From positions 9,832 to 33,831 of the forward strand of contig NZ_JAHZAX010000005.1 in the NCBI RefSeq assembly GCF_019423705.1: a DNA stretch of 24,000 nucleotides, given 5' to 3'. Source of the DNA: Ruminococcus sp. (lineage in GTDB: Bacteria; Bacillota; Clostridia; Oscillospirales; Ruminococcaceae). The notes below the pieces were generated by a model. It did no database searches and had not been told where the DNA came from. It was given only the letters and a program-made list of their open reading frames with translations. The translations under genes were made by a program, and so were the position numbers. Shown one piece after another: positions 22,520-24,000 of this stretch. The number at the start of each line of letters is the position of its first letter. Positions within the stretch are counted from its first letter, which is position 1.

Positions 22520-22544
22520 TCCTTTCAAGGGGCTTTTTTTCTTG

Positions 22545-22573
22545 TTGACAATATGAGTTAATTGTGCTATCAT
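22545..22573 (+). promoter_or_regulatory. promoter of tepA-ylzJ(-uppP)
   Basis: TTGACA (22545-22550), 17 nt, TATCAT (22568-22573). Confidence 0.5.
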
Positions 22574-22703
22574 TAATAAGGTTCGTTTTTGCGGCGAAAT
22601 AAACGGCGGTTTTCCTGCATAATTTCATAAAGGCTGCAAATGCTAATGCTATCTGTTAAGGCGAGACGTTTCGGTGTTGCCTTATATTTTTGGAGGTGGC
22701 ATT

Positions 22704-23435
22704 ATGGAAGAACAGCAGGAGAATTTAAAGGACGGGGAGAATGAGTTTAAAGCCCAGTCTGATGAGATAAAGGAAATGGGCGATGTTCGGCTGCCAAATG
22801 CAAAGCACGTCATTCATTGCCTTAATATAATCGGACAGGTGGAAGGGCATTATATCCTGCCGGCGCAAAACAAGACCACAAAGTATGAGCATATCATACC
22901 CGCACTTGTGGCGATCGAGCAGGACCGCAGTATCGAGGGGCTTGTGATAATCCTAAATACTGTCGGCGGCGATGTTGAAGCAGGCCTTGCTATCGCAGAG
23001 CTTATCGCAAGTATGAAAACGCCTACCGTTTCGATGGTGGTGGGCGGAGGTCATTCTATCGGTGTGCCGCTGGCAGTCTGCGCAAAGCGTTCGTTCATCG
23101 TGCCGAGTGCGACTATGACCATTCACCCTGTTAGAATGAACGGACTTGTGCTGGGCGTTCCGCAAACGCTGTCTTATTTTGACAAAATGCAGGAGCGTAT
23201 CGTGCGGTTCGTGTGCGATAATTCAGCCATTAAAGCGGAGCGTTTTCGTGAGCTTATGATGGCAACGGGCGAGCTTGTTATGGACGTGGGTTCAGTTATC
23301 GACGGCGAACAGGCAGTAAAAGAAGGGCTTATCGACCAGCTGGGAGGGCTTTCCGAGGCGATAGAGTGCCTTTATGATATGATAGAAAACAGTTCTGAAA
23401 AGGAGCGTGCTGAGAATGTTTCAGACAATTCTTGA
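22704..23435 (+). CDS. tepA: TepA-like ClpP/crotonase-fold protease-like protein (YmfB family)
   Basis: ClpP-like core reads IIGQVEGH...[49 protein letters not shown]...TMTIHPVR. I chose ATG 22704 after GGAGGTGG. The downstream ylzJ-like ORF supports the call. Confidence 0.8.
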   Translation: MEEQQENLKDGENEFKAQSDEIKEMGDVRLPNAKHVIHCLNIIGQVEGHYILPAQNKTTKYEHIIPALVAIEQDRSIEGLVIILNTVGGDVEAGLAIAELIASMKTPTVSMVVGGGHSIGVPLAVCAKRSFIVPSATMTIHPVRMNGLVLGVPQTLSYFDKMQERIVRFVCDNSAIKAERFRELMMATGELVMDVGSVIDGEQAVKEGLIDQLGGLSEAIECLYDMIENSSEKERAENVSDNS

Positions 23436-23553
23436 CCCGTATGACGTTTTCAGAAATGACATAAACATCGAAGATGAAGAAAATTACAGCGGGGAGGATA
23501 TGATAGAGACCGACCCACGCTGCTATCTCAGCAGAGACGGATTTTATCTCTGA
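23416..23553 (+). CDS. ylzJ: YlzJ-like small protein (45 aa)
   Basis: Too short for the ORF track. AAGGAG lies 10 nt upstream. The ORF overlaps the tepA end by 20 nt in another frame. Translation is [45 protein letters not shown]. The position after tepA and the ...DP..YL... tail fit my recollection of YlzJ. Confidence 0.55.
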   Translation: MFQTILDPYDVFRNDINIEDEENYSGEDMIETDPRCYLSRDGFYL

Positions 23554-23574
23554 CGGACGATTTGGAGGACAGCA

Positions 23575-24000
23575 ATGAGTATCATCAATGCAATTTTTCA
23601 GGCAATAATTCAGGGCTTGACGGAATTTCTTCCTGTTTCAAGCTCGGGACATCTTTCCCTTTATCAGCACTTTACAGGCAACAGCGGCGAGGGTGCGCTG
23701 TTTTTCACGGCGGTGCTCCATTTAGGCACGCTGGTGGCGGTTTTCGTGGCTTTTCGACAGACCATATGGTCTATGATAAAAGAGCTGTTTGTGATGATAA
23801 AGGATATTTTCACAGGCAAGTTCACACTTAAAAATATGAATCCCGACCGCAGAATGATCGTGATGATGATAATTTCCTGCTTCTGCCTTGTGCCGTTCCT
23901 GCCGTTCAAGAGCTGGTTCGAGGGCATTGCAGAGGACTCAAGCATTTTCGCCGAGGGACTTTGTTTCCTTTATACTGCGGCTATCCTTTATATGTCAGAC
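23575..24000 (+). CDS. uppP: undecaprenyl-diphosphate phosphatase UppP/BacA, N-terminal 142 codons; runs off the right edge
   Basis: Open-ended, so absent from the track. GGAGG lies 7 nt upstream. Translation begins MSIINAIFQAIIQGLTEFLPVSSSGHLSLYQHF..., carrying the hallmark EFLPVSSSGHL motif. Confidence 0.9.
   Translation, partial: MSIINAIFQAIIQGLTEFLPVSSSGHLSLYQHFTGNSGEGALFFTAVLHLGTLVAVFVAFRQTIWSMIKELFVMIKDIFTGKFTLKNMNPDRRMIVMMIISCFCLVPFLPFKSWFEGIAEDSSIFAEGLCFLYTAAILYMSD

Overview
This 24-kb window looks like ordinary chromosome from a low/mid-GC, spore-forming Firmicute. A Clostridia or Oscillospiraceae-like gut anaerobe is my guess, based only on AGGAGG ribosome-binding sites, the cdaA-cdaR pair, tepA-ylzJ and the repeat family. 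All calls come from reading the translations and the DNA by eye; no database search was possible.

Gene content, left to right:
- cdaR (partial) and cdaA
- an SDR oxidoreductase
- a choloylglycine-hydrolase (BSH/PVA) Ntn hydrolase
- cardiolipin synthase
- a TetR regulator with a MacB/FtsX-type ABC exporter
- a small agr-type quorum-sensing operon
- a GNAT acetyltransferase
- a PRK06851-like P-loop ATPase
- an alpha/beta hydrolase
- a VanY/M15 lipoprotein
- a large GH2 glycosidase
- dprA and purA
- a lipoprotein of unknown function
- tepA, ylzJ and uppP (partial)

Four coding regions are missing from the supplied ORF track. Two are open at the window edges (cdaR, uppP) and two are shorter than 60 aa (agrD, ylzJ).

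Items worth a second look:
1. An unannotated 47-codon agrD precedes agrB and overlaps its start codon. Its predicted ring region is C-C-F-C-I, with three cysteines. It sits in an orphan agrD-agrB-orf75 operon with no agrC/agrA anywhere in the window, directly downstream of a TetR-controlled MacB-type exporter.
2. A dispersed family of REP/REPIN-like elements has a GTAG box followed by a GC hairpin, and the stems show compensatory changes. A 30-mer occurs three times identically. One doublet sits between two perfect 30-nt copies of a terminator hairpin. The BSH-like gene is bracketed by identical inverted 23-nt REPs.
3. About 585 bp upstream of purA (about 20640-21225) has no credible ORF but is dense in palindromes and repeats.

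I saw no rRNA, tRNA, CRISPR array, transposase or phage genes.
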